A DNA stretch of 63,125 nucleotides, the filler included, from Reticulomyxa filosa (Eukaryota > Protista > Foraminifera), in NCBI GenBank assembly GCA_000512085.1. It is 15 parts of 15 records of this genome, joined end to end, with 100 filler letters (N's around TTAATTAATTAA, not from the genome) between each part and the next. Parts side by side here need not be neighbours in the genome. Positions count along the whole stretch, not along the records: positions 22,613 to 25,877 come from ASPP01015360.1; positions 25,978 to 28,398 come from ASPP01018673.1; positions 28,499 to 31,686 come from ASPP01011164.1; positions 31,787 to 35,805 come from ASPP01024617.1; positions 35,906 to 41,162 come from ASPP01007357.1; 10 more parts are not named here. One strand, written 5' to 3'. The number at the start of each line of letters is the position of its first letter. Within the stretch, counting starts at the first letter, position 1. The notes under the pieces were generated by a model, which did no database searches, was not told where the DNA came from, and saw only the letters and a list, made by a program, of their open reading frames with translations. Positions 23,907-37,090 of this stretch are shown here, piece after piece. The translations under genes were made by a program, and so were the position numbers.

Positions 23907-25244
23907 TTCGTTTTTTCTTTTTTTTTTTCTGTACTTTTCCCCTTTCCCTTTTTTTTTTTTACTTTCTTTTATTTTTTTTTTTTTTATATTCTATTTTTTT
24001 GTTATTTGAGATAGTCACTTTTTTTATTAAAAAAAAAATTAAACAGTATCACACCACAAACAGACAAGCAAAAAAAAAAAGAACAGTTCCAAGTTCTTGT
24101 GTTTTTTTTTATATCGTTTCATTTCTATTCTTAAGGATCAGAGAGGAGAATTTAGCGCAACGTTTGTGGGTTTCTTTCATTTCATCTGAAACAAACTTTT
24201 TTGTTTTGCTTTTTTTTTTTTGGAACTATTCATTGTTTTGAGGCTGTGGGTTGTTCTTTTGTTTTTGTTTCTGTTTTGTCTTAAAAAAAAAAAAAATCTT
24301 GTTGTTGTGCAGTGGAGAATTCAGTATTCTGATGTTTTGTGTGTAGCTGTGCTGTGTTCCATAAACAATGGGATTACATTCTTGTCATATTTTCTCTCGA
24401 TGTTCGAAATTTTCTCTTGTTATTACCTGTTCCAAATATATATCTGCGATCTTTCATTTTTTTGCGATTCTACGAAATACACCTAAAGAAGGAAGTTTTT
24501 TTGACATTTCAACAATGTTATCTTTTTTTGTTTTGTTTGTAAATTGTAATCAGTATGTAAACATTAAAGTATCCACAAAATGACAATATTTCAAATAACT
24601 GTTTCTCTTGTTCTTTTATAAGTGTAAATTTGATTGTTAATGAGTTTATTTGTAAACTGTTCTCTGTGAACACAAACAAGAAAGATATACAAATAAATCC
24701 TGTTTGCAATCTATTATCTTTAATGAATAAATTAAAATTAAACAATGCTAAAATTAAAAAAAAAGCAATTTTTTCTTTGTAATTCTAGGTGTAGTTATAG
24801 AGCATAAAACAGGACTAAAAAAGAACCAAAGATGAACGGTTGCTAAGGAACACACTATCACGGCTTAATTTACAAATCTGTTTTTTCTACAGAATGCTAT
24901 GTTAAGAAGTTTAATCAGCTGTTGTTCAAGTATACAATTATCAATTGTTTCATCTTGTAGGAATTTTTTGTAATTTTCTTTCAAAAAAAGTATGGAAAGC
25001 AAAATCTCTTTGAAAATTTGAAAATGAACACAATATAACTATGAAAGATATATTCAGAACTAAAGAAAAAAAAAGCAAAGCTCAAAGTTTGTCTTTTGCT
25101 GTTATACTAGGAAAAAACAAAAGAATGAAATCAATATTAACAAAATGAGATACAAGGCAGCATTTGATGGATTTTGTTCAATATTGCAGAAACATGTCTT
25201 GTATTCAGCACAAATGAACTTGACTATTGCACGCAATGAATTAG

Positions 25245-25590
25245 TCAAAAAAGAGATAAAATTAATTGTCAATGACTGGCCTCGAACTTCAGATGTGAAA
25301 CCAGGACATGTTAATGATTTGACAAAATTGTTATAAATTATGTTAAGAAATATCTTTCATTTCTTTAAAATCAAACGAAAATGTATTTTCCACTACTAAT
25401 GCTAAACATCAGAAATACAGACAAACAATTTCAATTGAACTGAATGTATGATCAGTGAAAGAATAAGTCAGATGATATAGTTTGTGTGTAACGTATACTT
25501 TTCTAACAGCACACAATTATATGTATTGCGAGATTTTCCAGATGATACACATATTATTGTTCATTTGAGCAAACAATTTGAATATACATT
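25245..25590 (+). pseudogene. Decayed LGWI-box + WD40 gene
   Basis: AG|TCAAAAAAGAGATAAAATTAATTGTCAATGACTGG...GACAAAATTGTTATAAATTAT|GTTAAG is a 97-nt version of the 99-nt exon, with two 1-nt deletions and LGWI changed to PGHV. Eroded WD40-like DNA (AGATTTTCCAGATG..CAAACAATTTGAATA) follows. Confidence 0.7.
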
Positions 25591-25977
25591 AAGACAAAAA
25601 AGAAAGTTGACACATAAAATGCCAACTTATAGAAAAGATTGTGTTTCTCAATGAAAAAACAACATTTAATCAAAATTTTTTTAAAAATATCTAATAATCG
25701 TGTAGTTTTTAAATATCATTTTGGTTTTTTATTAAGCCTTTACAAATTTTTCAAAAATTTTATTCTTTCATTTGATTTGGTAAAATTTCTTAAAAAAAGT
25801 TGACAATAGTGTTTTTATCGTAGTAATGAAATCTTTTTTAAACAATTTTTGAGATTTTCCTTTTTTTTTTAGGTGTTNNNNNNNNNNNNNNNNNNNNNNN
25901 NNNNNNNNNNNNNNNNNNNNNTTAATTAATTAANNNNNNNNNNNNNNNNNNNNNNNNNNNNNNNNNNNNNNNNNNNN

Positions 25978-26066
25978 ATAATGTTGCAAACGACAATGCT
26001 GTAAACAATAATGCCGCAAACGACAATGATGCAGACAATAATGCTGCAAACCACAATGCTGTAGAC
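25978..26066 (+). repeat. Degenerate 15-nt tandem repeat (AATGCTGCAAACNAC-like), probably coding N/A/D-rich pentapeptides
   Basis: About 6 units at the contig start; the + frame reads NVAND NAVNN NAAND NDADN NAANH NAVD. Confidence 0.6.
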
Positions 26067-27223
26067 AGCTCTATGAACAACATGTTTGAATGGAAAGTAG
26101 GTCAGTGTGTGTCTGTGCGTGAGCGACATTCAGGCAAAATTACCACTGTACATACCACTGACTCTGACGTTTAGTATATTTTTTCAATATGTTAAACAGG
26201 ATAAGAAAGTGTTTTAAAAGATGGCTGTTTTTGTACTTAAACATAGGTTACTAGACAATATATTGTAGTCAAATACGACGCTTCGCAAGATAACGAAACC
26301 TTCCCTTATGATACTCCTTATGTGCGTGTTGTGTCGCCATTGGTAGTATTTGAGGTAGTCGTAAATCCAGACTTCTTTCATTAATTGTATTTCATTGGAA
26401 AACAATTTGATTTGTATTTGGTTTTTTTCTACTGATAAAGGAAATCCATTGGAAAAAATGCCAAATTAAGCCACCACCAAAGACAACACATATCATTACT
26501 TGATTGTATATTCCTGAAAAAATTTTTTTGCTTAAAATCAACAGCTTAAAAAAAAGCATTCATAAATAAACACATGAATTTGTTGAAAATTTAAAAAGAA
26601 TTATAGTTGACATAATCAACTGCATCCTAATAATTTCAACGATCTTTCTCGCAAAAACAATAATGAAAAAGATAATGCAAGTAAAAAAAAAAATTAAAAG
26701 CGTTTAAACTATGAACTTGAAATAGGAACGTTCTTTTACGCTCTATCAAAAAATAAGAAATACTAAATTGGCATTTCATTTCTCGGATGGTGTAGAGCAA
26801 GTCCCTACAGATTACCGAACTCTGAAAGAGTTGATGAGCCCCAGTGGGTTAAACTTCTCCACTAACTTTTCTTCACTCTTTGTTTGTTTTTCTTTTTTTT
26901 AGTATGTTATTCATCTTCCATTTACTTAATTTACTTTTTTTTATCAAAAACAGATCTCTTTTTGAGTAAAACTTTTCGTACTACACTTAGTACAGCCTCT
27001 TATCAGCAGCAGACGTCCCACAATGGTATGTTAATCTTTGTGAAATTGATACAATCTGAAAGTAGTATTTGCAGTACAAATTTTCTTTACTAAAAAATTG
27101 TAGAAGTGTCCTGTCCGTTGTCAAGTTCTTTGTTAAAACAAGGGGCCATTTTAATATATAATATAATATTTCAAAAAAAAGGCTCGAATTGTTTGGCAAA
27201 TTCTTGTGTAAAGATTTGGGATC

Positions 27224-28363
27224 ATGCGATTTAAAAGCGGGGAAGATTTTGTGAGAAATTTGGCGATTGAGTATTGTCCAGAACCGAATATATCGAACAC
27301 AATCCGTTTGGAGACGTACTACAAGAAAGCACACAATTTGTTCCATGAATCGTTGGACCTGGTGAAGATGGGCGAGGCGAAGGCGCCGCACGCATACATT
27401 GCATTGATGCGACTTTCGCAGTTGATAGCAGCGTTGCAGAACCACAGCAGTTACAACATGAAAGAGCACGCAAAGGAGAAGCAGTTGAACACGAGACGAT
27501 TGAAGAACGCAATATTGAAAATGGAAGAGTTGAAGCCACAGTTGATCGCAGCATACAATAAGGAGATCGAAGATGAGAAAGCGAAAGGAAAGAGCGGAGA
27601 AGGATTAGGAGATGAAAAAGCAAAAGAAGACGAACAAATAGGAGGAAAAGGAGAAGGAGTAATAAAAAATGATAGCGAAGCAAAAAGCGAAGGAGAGACA
27701 AAGTCCGAAATGAACCACTCAGCAACGAAAGACGACCAACCTGCGAAAGAGCGTTGGAATAATTTGTTGTTGTCGCCATCAACAACGAACGTAGCGGAAG
27801 AAAACGGATTAGACGGGATGTTTAATGGGTCGCAGGGACAGCTAGACACGATCGAGTTGCCGGACAATGTGGCGAAAGAGTTTGTAAAGTTTGCGGAAAA
27901 GAATACCAAACAAGATGTGGAGACATGTGGCATATTGACAGGTAAACGTGACACTACCAGTGGTAACTATCGCGTGACACATGTGATCATCCCCAAACAA
28001 AATGGCAGCAGCAACACGGTCCACACGGTCAATGAAGAGGAACTCATCGACGTCCAAGAAAAATATCAACTCATCACTTTGGGCTGGATTCACACTCATC
28101 CTTCACAGACTTGCTTCTTGTCCAGTGTCGACTTGCATTGCCAATTGTCTTATCAAATCATGCTACCCAATGCCATTGCCATTGTCTACGCGCCCAAAGA
28201 CAAAACCCTCACTTTCACTCTCACTAAAAACGGCTTGGATGTCTTGTCCAACTGCGACTGCCAGGGCTTCCATCGACATAATGTCGAGGGCTTGTACGAG
28301 GAGGCAAAACATGTCACCTCCATCAAGGCCAAAGCCAAGTTTATTGACTTGCGAAAAAAGTGA
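27224..28363 (+). CDS. STAMBP: AMSH/STAMBP-family JAMM (MPN+) deubiquitinase
   Basis: N-terminal USP8-dimer/MIT-like helices; ETCGILTG, HVIIPKQ, GWIHTHPSQTCFLSSVDLH (JAMM HxH-x7-S-x2-D), SYQIMLPNAIAIV, C..GFHRH. Single open frame. Confidence 0.95.
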   Translation: MRFKSGEDFVRNLAIEYCPEPNISNTIRLETYYKKAHNLFHESLDLVKMGEAKAPHAYIALMRLSQLIAALQNHSSYNMKEHAKEKQLNTRRLKNAILKMEELKPQLIAAYNKEIEDEKAKGKSGEGLGDEKAKEDEQIGGKGEGVIKNDSEAKSEGETKSEMNHSATKDDQPAKERWNNLLLSPSTTNVAEENGLDGMFNGSQGQLDTIELPDNVAKEFVKFAEKNTKQDVETCGILTGKRDTTSGNYRVTHVIIPKQNGSSNTVHTVNEEELIDVQEKYQLITLGWIHTHPSQTCFLSSVDLHCQLSYQIMLPNAIAIVYAPKDKTLTFTLTKNGLDVLSNCDCQGFHRHNVEGLYEEAKHVTSIKAKAKFIDLRKK

Positions 28364-28398
<35 letters not shown>

Positions 28399-28498
28399 NN
28401 NNNNNNNNNNNNNNNNNNNNNNNNNNNNNNNNNNNNNNNNNNTTAATTAATTAANNNNNNNNNNNNNNNNNNNNNNNNNNNNNNNNNNNNNNNNNNNN

Positions 28499-28535
<37 letters not shown>

Positions 28536-28577
28536 GATTGAGAAGAAGTAATGTTATGATACTAAAAAATTGCATAG

Positions 28578-29462
28578 GCAAAATACTTTGAATTAGTAGG
28601 AATATTTTTTGGGAATGGATCACGTATGATTAATGCAGAGTTTTCACCAAATGGAAAAATGATTGCCTTAATTTCAGATGATAGAACAATTCGGATATGG
28701 GATACATCTTTTAAAAAAGAAATGCAATTATTGAAAGGACATTCTGGTTGGATTCATGATATACATTTTTCTCCAGATGGTAATATGATTGTATCATGCT
28801 CAACAGATATGACAATTCGATTATGGGATATAACCTCAGGACAAGCAATACAGATATTCAAAGGAGATTCTTCTGCTGTGTTAAGTGTTCAATTTTCACC
28901 AGATGGGCAATATATCGTATCATCCGGATGGGATAACATGATTCGAATATGGGATGTGAAATCTGGACAAGAAATAAAGCAATTCGCTGGACATTCAAAT
29001 GGAGTAACTAGTGTTCGATTTGCTCCCAATGGCCAATTGATTGCATCTTCTTCCAATGACAAAACAATTGGAATATGGAATGTTAAGTCAGGTGAGCGAG
29101 TGCACACATTGAAAGGACATTCAGGCGATCAACTGAGGGTACAATATTCTCCCAATGGTCTCACAATTGCCTCGTTTTCAACTAACAAAGTTATTCAAAT
29201 ATGGGATGTGACAACAGGAAGGGAAGTGCAAAAATTAGAGGGACATTTTGATGGGATAACTGACGTAAAATTTTCATCAGATGGTCGATTCATTGTCTCG
29301 TGTTCGAGTGACGGAACCATTCGGCTGTGGGATGCAAAGTCAGGACATGAAATGCAGATATTAGAAAAAAATAATAGCATTATTGCAGGGATAGCTATTT
29401 CACCAGATTGTGAGACTATTGTTGCTTGTTGTTTTGATGAAATGATTCGATTGTGGGGGTGA
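28578..29462 (+). CDS. 7-bladed WD40 protein, terminal exon (same family as the LGWI-box genes)
   Basis: Acceptor CATAG|GCAAAATACTTT (AKYFELV) is in frame with the ATG at 28626 and matches the CATAG|GCAAATTATTTT junction at 47503. Upstream exons are lost at the contig break. Confidence 0.85.
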   Translation, partial: AKYFELVGIFFGNGSRMINAEFSPNGKMIALISDDRTIRIWDTSFKKEMQLLKGHSGWIHDIHFSPDGNMIVSCSTDMTIRLWDITSGQAIQIFKGDSSAVLSVQFSPDGQYIVSSGWDNMIRIWDVKSGQEIKQFAGHSNGVTSVRFAPNGQLIASSSNDKTIGIWNVKSGERVHTLKGHSGDQLRVQYSPNGLTIASFSTNKVIQIWDVTTGREVQKLEGHFDGITDVKFSSDGRFIVSCSSDGTIRLWDAKSGHEMQILEKNNSIIAGIAISPDCETIVACCFDEMIRLWG

Positions 29463-30151
29463 TGCTTAATTAAAAAAAAAAAGCAGCCGCTTAATTTAAA
29501 AAAGACAATTGACAGTCAAATAAATATTTTAGCGCTTCTTTTACATCTTGTCCTAAAAAAAAAAGAGTTGCAAAACTAAAGAATTCAATCTTATAACTTT
29601 GAGTTATTTTATATCATCATTGTTTTCCCATTTGCTTTTTTTTTTATTAGACCTAAAATGTGACATTCACATTTCTTTTCTTTGCTATCATAGCTTGCAC
29701 ATTCTCTGACGTGAAAGTTTTTGATGGCTTTTCCACTTCTCGGCGTTGTTTGATACACAACAATAACTTGACATATCCAGCGTGTTTTCAGAGGCTGGTG
29801 ATGACATTATTATTTGTGACAAATATTTGCTCAAATTGTCAAACTGAAAGTAAAAAAAATCAGCAATGCCCTGCAAATGGATGTTTGTGGCATCAGCAGA
29901 TAATTTTTACTGTTTTTAATAGAAAATCTGAAACTAGAAAAATGAAATACTTTTGTTTTGAAAATGTATTTAAAGATTAAATTCTTTTACTTTTTTTACT
30001 TGATTGTCTCCAGAAGTATATGTTATGACCCTTGGTGTATTTAATCTGTAGTAAATGTAGTTTGATTTGGCACTAAAAGTGTACGCGGAAGGCGTAAACC
30101 TTTTCTGCTTAAGCTTTGCATAAAATAAAGCAAATAATTTACCAGTAAGAA

Positions 30152-31644
30152 ATGGACATTGATTTGCAGTCTTCACCAGTGGGATTTCTGGAGCGTTATG
30201 TGTTTAGTGAGAGCCGAACAGATCTGTTGAAGGAATTGGTGCAAGGGAGCGAGGAGTACTACAAGTACAAGTTGTTGGACATAAGCGCAAGAATCGAGGC
30301 GGAGATATCGCAGAAGAATGAAAAGAAGAAAGAAAGTGTAGTGGAAGAAATGAAGGCATTGCATCAAGAATTGTGCGAGAACGTGAAGATGAAGAACAAT
30401 GGAGAGTTGAAAAACCTGATGCTTCGCAATGAGATGCATTACCTGCACAGTGCAAATGGAGAAGCAAACACGGAAGAGTTATGGAAGTATGTGAAGGACT
30501 ACGTAGGTGTCCCTTTTTATAGCAAGCCAAAAAAAGAGACCTTGCTAAGTGCAGCCAATAAAAAAGAGAAGAAGAAGAAGAAATAAGCAAAAAGAAAGGT
30601 GATTTAAACAGCAGCAAAGTCGATGGCAACGTATTTCGAAAAGAAAAGTTGGAACAAGCCATGGATACATTCAATAAAACGAATGGAGCAGTGATTAGTA
30701 CGTATCTATCAAAGGAAGGAGTTGTCGAGTGGTTGTGCACGCCCGATCGACTTAAACCTATTATCGAAGAAATTCAAAATAAAAACGCATTGGACAAAAC
30801 CAAGCAAAGGAAATATCGACAATTGCTTGGCGATATTTTGGATGAACCTTTTTGCGTGTACAATACGTACTGGCCGGACTTGATCGAACTGGACCTATCC
30901 ACCAAAGATCACAATAATGCTGTTGTCACTTTTGGCACGCGCACCGGTCATCGTCTTCTCACCTTTTCGCAAATGAACGACCTGCTTCTGGCCTCGCCTC
31001 AACTCATGGATGATGCCGCTTTTATCATGGCCTATTTTGCCAAGTCTTTGCCCATGCAATGCATGAAGTATTATCAATCCGGAATCATCTTCTCCACACC
31101 TGTTCCTGAAAGCGTCCTGGAACAGTTCCACTCGTGCGTCACCACCTTTTTGGAAAAACATCTCACGCAACCTCATCACTCCACCTTCTGCGCCATTTTG
31201 CTTATGTATTTGCTTACCTGTCAATTTAATCGAAATGTTACTTTATATAAAAATACATATATACGTATATATGTACATATATGTATACATGCACATATTT
31301 GTACATATTTGTATGTCTATTGAAACAGGGCACGTTCTCAGCGAAACATTTGATGGAATACTTGCGTATTCGGAAAGAAAGTGGGTACAATAGTGAGATT
31401 GTAGCCATGTATCAAGAGTGCACGCGAAGACAGCAAGGCGAAACGACGCATACGCTTTCCGCATTTGATACGCCGTCGGCAGCGCCAGCCCCAGCCCCAG
31501 TCTCAGCCTTGGCCAAAGAGCAGCCCCGAGTGATAATGATTGGCTTTGGAGACTTTGTTTCTAAATGTCACACGTTTGACAAGTTCCCGAACATTGGCAA
31601 TGATGACGACGTTATTGATAATGGCATCCTTTATTTTTTCCAGG
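30152..31644 (+). CDS. N-terminal part of a large conserved hypothetical protein
   Basis: ORFs 30152-30586 and 30649-31323 join across a 1-nt shift in the A-run near 30560; a further exon lies at ~31330-31643. Motifs GFLERYVFSESR..L.EL..GSEEYY and FG...HRLLT.SQ...L. Confidence 0.65.
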
Positions 31645-34600
31645 TTTGCTCTCTTTTTTTTTTTTTTTTTTTTTTGCCGCTTTTCCNNNNNNNNNNNNNN
31701 NNNNNNNNNNNNNNNNNNNNNNNNNNNNNNTTAATTAATTAANNNNNNNNNNNNNNNNNNNNNNNNNNNNNNNNNNNNNNNNNNNNTCAGCTTTATATTG
31801 CATTCAAATGCTAACATGCTTTTCATATTTATTTATTTATTAATCTGGTCCAAGTCAGATTTTATCAGTTTTAATTTTTTTTTTGTATTGGGGTTTAGTA
31901 ATTAGAGTTTGTATTCATTATATTTTTTCGTGCGCATTTCATTGGTCCGGTCTTTGCTCTAGTCATTCATTAACGTGTACACATGTTCAGTATATTAGTA
32001 GACTTCACTTTGTGTATGTTTTGGAGTTTCGTAAATTCGAATACATTCGAAGCACTTCTCAAAAAATATAATGATATTATATGTGCAGTTAATGCATAGC
32101 AATAATCGCCAAAACTGCCAATTTAAGTATGTTCTTGTTACTAGTTTTCACCAATAAGCTTGTTGAACAGTTAAACAAACTCAAAGTTCTTGGTTGATGC
32201 TATTGCCTATTGTTTAGCGATTGACACCAGTAATTCCATCTCACGTTTTAATGCAGTCATCACTTCTTCGACTTTTCCATATGACATTCAGAAGCTCTTT
32301 TGCGGCGTCATTTAGCGTGAAGCGCTGGTGCTGTTGGAACATCTGTTACAAAAGATACATAGATCTCTTTCTGTCTTGCAATAAGCGCTGTTGGTATTTG
32401 TTGCTGCATTAAATTAAAATACATTTATATTATGTACTATGTGCAATTTGAAATATAGTATATTGTAAAATATGATAACTTTACAAAAACTATACTATCT
32501 TTGTAGACTAAAAGTACCAAACTTGTAGCTTTTATGAAGCAGCGTTTATTTGTTTCAGATTTATCATATGCTGCATGCCTTTCGCTTGAATAAAAGTATT
32601 ATAGACACATCTGAACTGTTTTCAACAACGACAATTTGTCTATCGGTGTATCACAAATTGATCTGTCGGAAACGTCACTAGCGCTTGCCGTGTACGTGCT
32701 GTTGTCATTTTCATCCAACTCCAGAGCGTAGCTTTTAGCTGCTGTTCCCGCTGTCGCTATCCTCACCAACGTAGGGCTCGTGCTCGTATTGTGATTCCAA
32801 AACTTTATACATTGATGCGTCGCATTCGGATTGCTGCTCCAATTTGTGCCTAGCAGATGCACTATCAATTTCATCGAGTTGATCAAGTCGTCGTTCAGTA
32901 TGTCCATTTATTCTTATTATTTGTGTCACTCCACTTGAGCCACAATACCTTCTTTCAGATTAACTTTGTCGTTAATCAGCAGTCCAAACTTGCGCGTCAT
33001 TGTTCACCACGCAGCACAGTCCTGTGTTCAGCTCTTTCAAATATCCATTGTCACCTCTGCAAGAGGCCAACGCGTCGCCGTACATCGTCAATGGTGACAA
33101 ATCTATTCACCAATATTACTCGTTCACGGCTGTTGTCACGTTGCAACACAATACTCCAAATATCGTCGTCTTGTCTTGACATTCGCTCATATAAAGCGTC
33201 CCTTCCGAATAAAAAAAAACTATGATATATTTTTTTTATATAATACTTGCAAGGGGAATGAAACAAACGAAATGATCATCGTAGATTTTTTTTTTTACTT
33301 TGTCAAAAAAAAAAAGAAAGCAAGAGAAATAGAAATGAGATACAAACTGGAGGTAGCTGGTAGATGTGCTTTAGCTATGCAGAGCCAACAAAATATTGTC
33401 AATATTAGTGTCTCCATCGCTGAAATGAATAGCGCTGTCATTATTCCAAATTATTGTCAAAGATGAAAAAAAATTTTAAAAAATTGTTTCCCCTTTGATT
33501 CTTTTTTTTTGTCACAATACAGTATTTTACCAAATTGTTCCTTAAAACAACTCAAATTTTGCACAAATAAAAAATCAAAAATTCTAAACCAAAAACAAAA
33601 CATCAAAATTCAAACTGAGTTTTTCGAAACATTCAGTCAAAAAAAAGTTTTTCAAAAAAGGCTCAATGTGATATTTGGATCAAATTTAGATTTTCCTTTC
33701 CAACTCGAATGTAGTTCAAAAAAAGTGCAAATTGAAGATGAACAACGTAATACAATTTAATTATTTATCATAAAAGATTTTTCAGTCTACCATTAATGGA
33801 GCATTGCTTAGCATGGTACGGAAGAATGTGATATAAAGGATAATCACATGCAATAATATAGATAATGTAATTATCAATATGACATAAATATTGACCCAAG
33901 ATGGATTTACTAATAATGAATTGTTTTCAGACAATTCATCCTTTTTTAGCTTTTTTTTTTACAGTCATATGACTTAGCAACTAACTGCAGATTCTTGAAG
34001 CAGTGATTTAATATCTTTCAAATTCAGTAAAAACGTATGGACAAGAATTTGCTTCAACGACTAATATAAGTTTCCCCACTGCCGTCTTAATTTATTTCAT
34101 GAATTCCATTGCTTCGGAAACTTATTTTTTGAATATATTTTTTTTGGATGTTTTTCTTTTGAAGGCATTACCTGATTATTAAAAGTTCACAATTTTTTAA
34201 ACACTCCCTTTTTTTTTAAACTGACAACCAATCAGTTTAAGCTTTACTCTTTCAAACTAAAAAAATATATTTATCCAAAAAAGTAGTACTTCAAAAGGAA
34301 AAACAAACTAAACCATGCAAAAAAATATTAATGTATATAAGCAGTTGTTACACGTAATTTTGTCTTATTTTCCAACTTAGAGAGAAGCATTGACGAAAAT
34401 GGAGGCAGAGATACAGCCTTGGCCAAGCAACTGCAACCAGGCAGTCGACAACAAATCAACGACAATATGTGTCCACTGCTGATGTGTTGACCAAGAAAAA
34501 GAGTTTATGTTTTATTCTTTTTGTTTTGTCATCAATAAAAATATTTTTATTTCAATGCATATTCAGTGATATTTTTTTCAACTAATACAAAGAAAAAAAA

Positions 34601-35995
34601 TACTACTTTCTTCTTTTGGGATTCAGTAGCACATTCATATTTTAAATACTGCATATTATTATTTTATAAAGCAAATTGTATAAACTCAAACTGAGAATAA
34701 TTACTTTATAAGAATAAAGCAATGTCAAATATACGAGTTTTTTTGCAACTTTCACATACATATAATTAACATTTCCTTTGTACGTTAAATGTGTGTCCAT
34801 TATTAATCAAAGATATTTGAACAACCATAAGATAAATAGATAATGATATATAATTTTTTTTATATTACGAAATGTTAAGTAACTACAATTGATTTTCATA
34901 ATGCAATGTAGTCAACAACATAACACATTGAATTGGTTTAGAAATATCATTAATGTAAATACTGTTAACCACAATCTACAAAGATTAAATCTGAAACTAA
35001 TATAAGTATCAATAATTATAATGAAATGCTATAGCTTGAAAGCAATGATAGTAGAAGTAATGCAATGAATGATATAGTCAATAGTGATTAGTAACAATAT
35101 CACAAATGTAAAATCAAAATTATATCTATTTGCGAATATGTATAATATATAACTATGACTACGACTATCACAGTCAGTGCTTTCACTACTGTCTCTATAA
35201 TGTTAACTAACACTAAGCTATTACTGTAATTGCAGTTACAACTGCTCGTACTGCTTGTAGTTACTTCTTCAGATGTTCATTCACTATCATTTACTGTTTA
35301 GTGTCGCTCGATTTGGCTTTTATCTAATGTGGCAATCGTCATCTCCAATGACGAGCCGATGCGATAGCTCTTTAATTTTGTGATTGGTTTCATCTCTTAC
35401 TTTTGTGACTCGCTCAACTTTTCTTTCTAAAACACAGTTTAACCAGGTCTAACATATAGTCAAGATAAGACAAACATCATCCACATCGACACGGTCCAAT
35501 GTCAATAAACTCATTCCATAAAATATAAAAGAAACAATTAACAATTTATTGGGACCGAAGAAGAAGCGATTTGAAAACAAAGTAAAGCAAAAAATAAAAT
35601 ACTAACATGAACAATATTAGTGATATCAGCGTCGATATCGATGGTATATGTCAACACTTTTGCTGTCTCATCGTACTGTAGCAAGTGGGTGAGCGCAACC
35701 TCTTTTGCAAACATTGCATCCGTATAGCGTTCGTTCCATTACAGCGCATACTTGTAAAAAAAAAGTAAATTAATTTTAAAAAATTATAGTGAGTACTACG
35801 ACAATNNNNNNNNNNNNNNNNNNNNNNNNNNNNNNNNNNNNNNNNNNNNTTAATTAATTAANNNNNNNNNNNNNNNNNNNNNNNNNNNNNNNNNNNNNNN
35901 NNNNNTAATGTTGCTATTTTTTTTATACGTAGCAAAAAAAAAAAAAAAAGTATACATATATGTATATATATATGTATAATGGAAAACACACACAC

Positions 35996-36787
35996 ATCCA
36001 ACCACTGCTGCAAAGCACCATGATAGCCTTGTAACAGTGGCCATTCTTTTTCATGCAAAGCACGGAAGTTGAGTGCGAAAGGAAAGGGGATGACGAAGAC
36101 TGACGCTTGGGAAGGATCGTTGGTGACCCACTTGGGATGAACGTAGGGATGGCCCCTATCGCTTTGGGATTGAGCGAGGGCTTTTTCCTCGACTTTTAGG
36201 CGCTCATTGACAAATATTTCCATGCTGTGCATATGGGTGAAATAATAATCCTCGTAGTAAATGTCCATGTTTTTCTGATGTCGTTTGTTATCTCTTCGGA
36301 AAGGGTCCAACCCTTGCTGCTTTTTGCTGTCTGAACTTTTGGGGACCAAATCAAAGTCCATTCGCTCACCAAATCCAAAGTTCAATGCCTCAGGGGTATA
36401 TTTTTCTTGGTACCATTGCTCGAACCATTGCTTTCGCAAATCCTCACGTAGACTACTCGGAATGTCGTACACATACACCACTGGCTTAATCGTGTTTATT
36501 AGTTTGCACTTGTATTCACTTTCGTTGTAGTAGTTTTTATGGACATGTCTTGTACTCGTGACTATGTTTTTGTGTGGCTCTGTTGTTGTTGTTGTTGTTG
36601 TTGTTGTTGCTGTTGCTTGCTCCACTAGCCAGTCGGATTCGTTTCTGCTCGAATGAAACGCTACGTCGCCTAAAAATATTACGTTTAAGGATAGCGACAC
36701 TAGCAAAACCAGCCAAGGCACTTTATGCAATGATATGCCCCAGCTTCGGCAATAATTCCACATACGAAAACAATCTCGAAAATGCAT
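35996..36787 (-). CDS. Exostosin-family (GT47) glycosyltransferase, 5' part
   Basis: Type II TM anchor, Thr-rich stem, VYVYDIP, HSMEIFVNERL and TNDPSQASVFVIPF motifs; intron then contig end. Confidence 0.85.
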
Positions 36788-37090
36788 TTGACGACTCAAT
36801 TGATATTAAAGCTTCATCATCTAAAGGCAAGCACGGGGGACAACAATGAAAAGCCATAATCAGAACTTTTGTCGTTGGCTACCTTCAAAAAATTTCGGAC
36901 TGCCGACCTAGACAGAGTTTTGATATGAATAAAAAAAACACATATTCTGCTAATTTTTTTGCTCTTTCATTGCACACTGTATAAATTTGCCTCCAGACAA
37001 CGAAATCTACTAGTGTAATGTGAGGAGAAACAACCAGCTAAAAAAAAAGGGGTGGTATTTTATTTATATATATATTTTAATGTTCTAATA

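Noticed and set aside
26770-26870. GC-richer intergenic island with TGATGA/CTGA boxes as a snoRNA
   Set aside because: Box order and terminal stem are unconvincing; would need an Infernal/Rfam search.
32599-33266. Minus-strand ORF fragments with many TGA codons (possible recoding)
   Set aside because: TGA is a normal stop in clear genes here (14979, 18490, 28363) and no consistent frame emerges; possibly a decayed gene.
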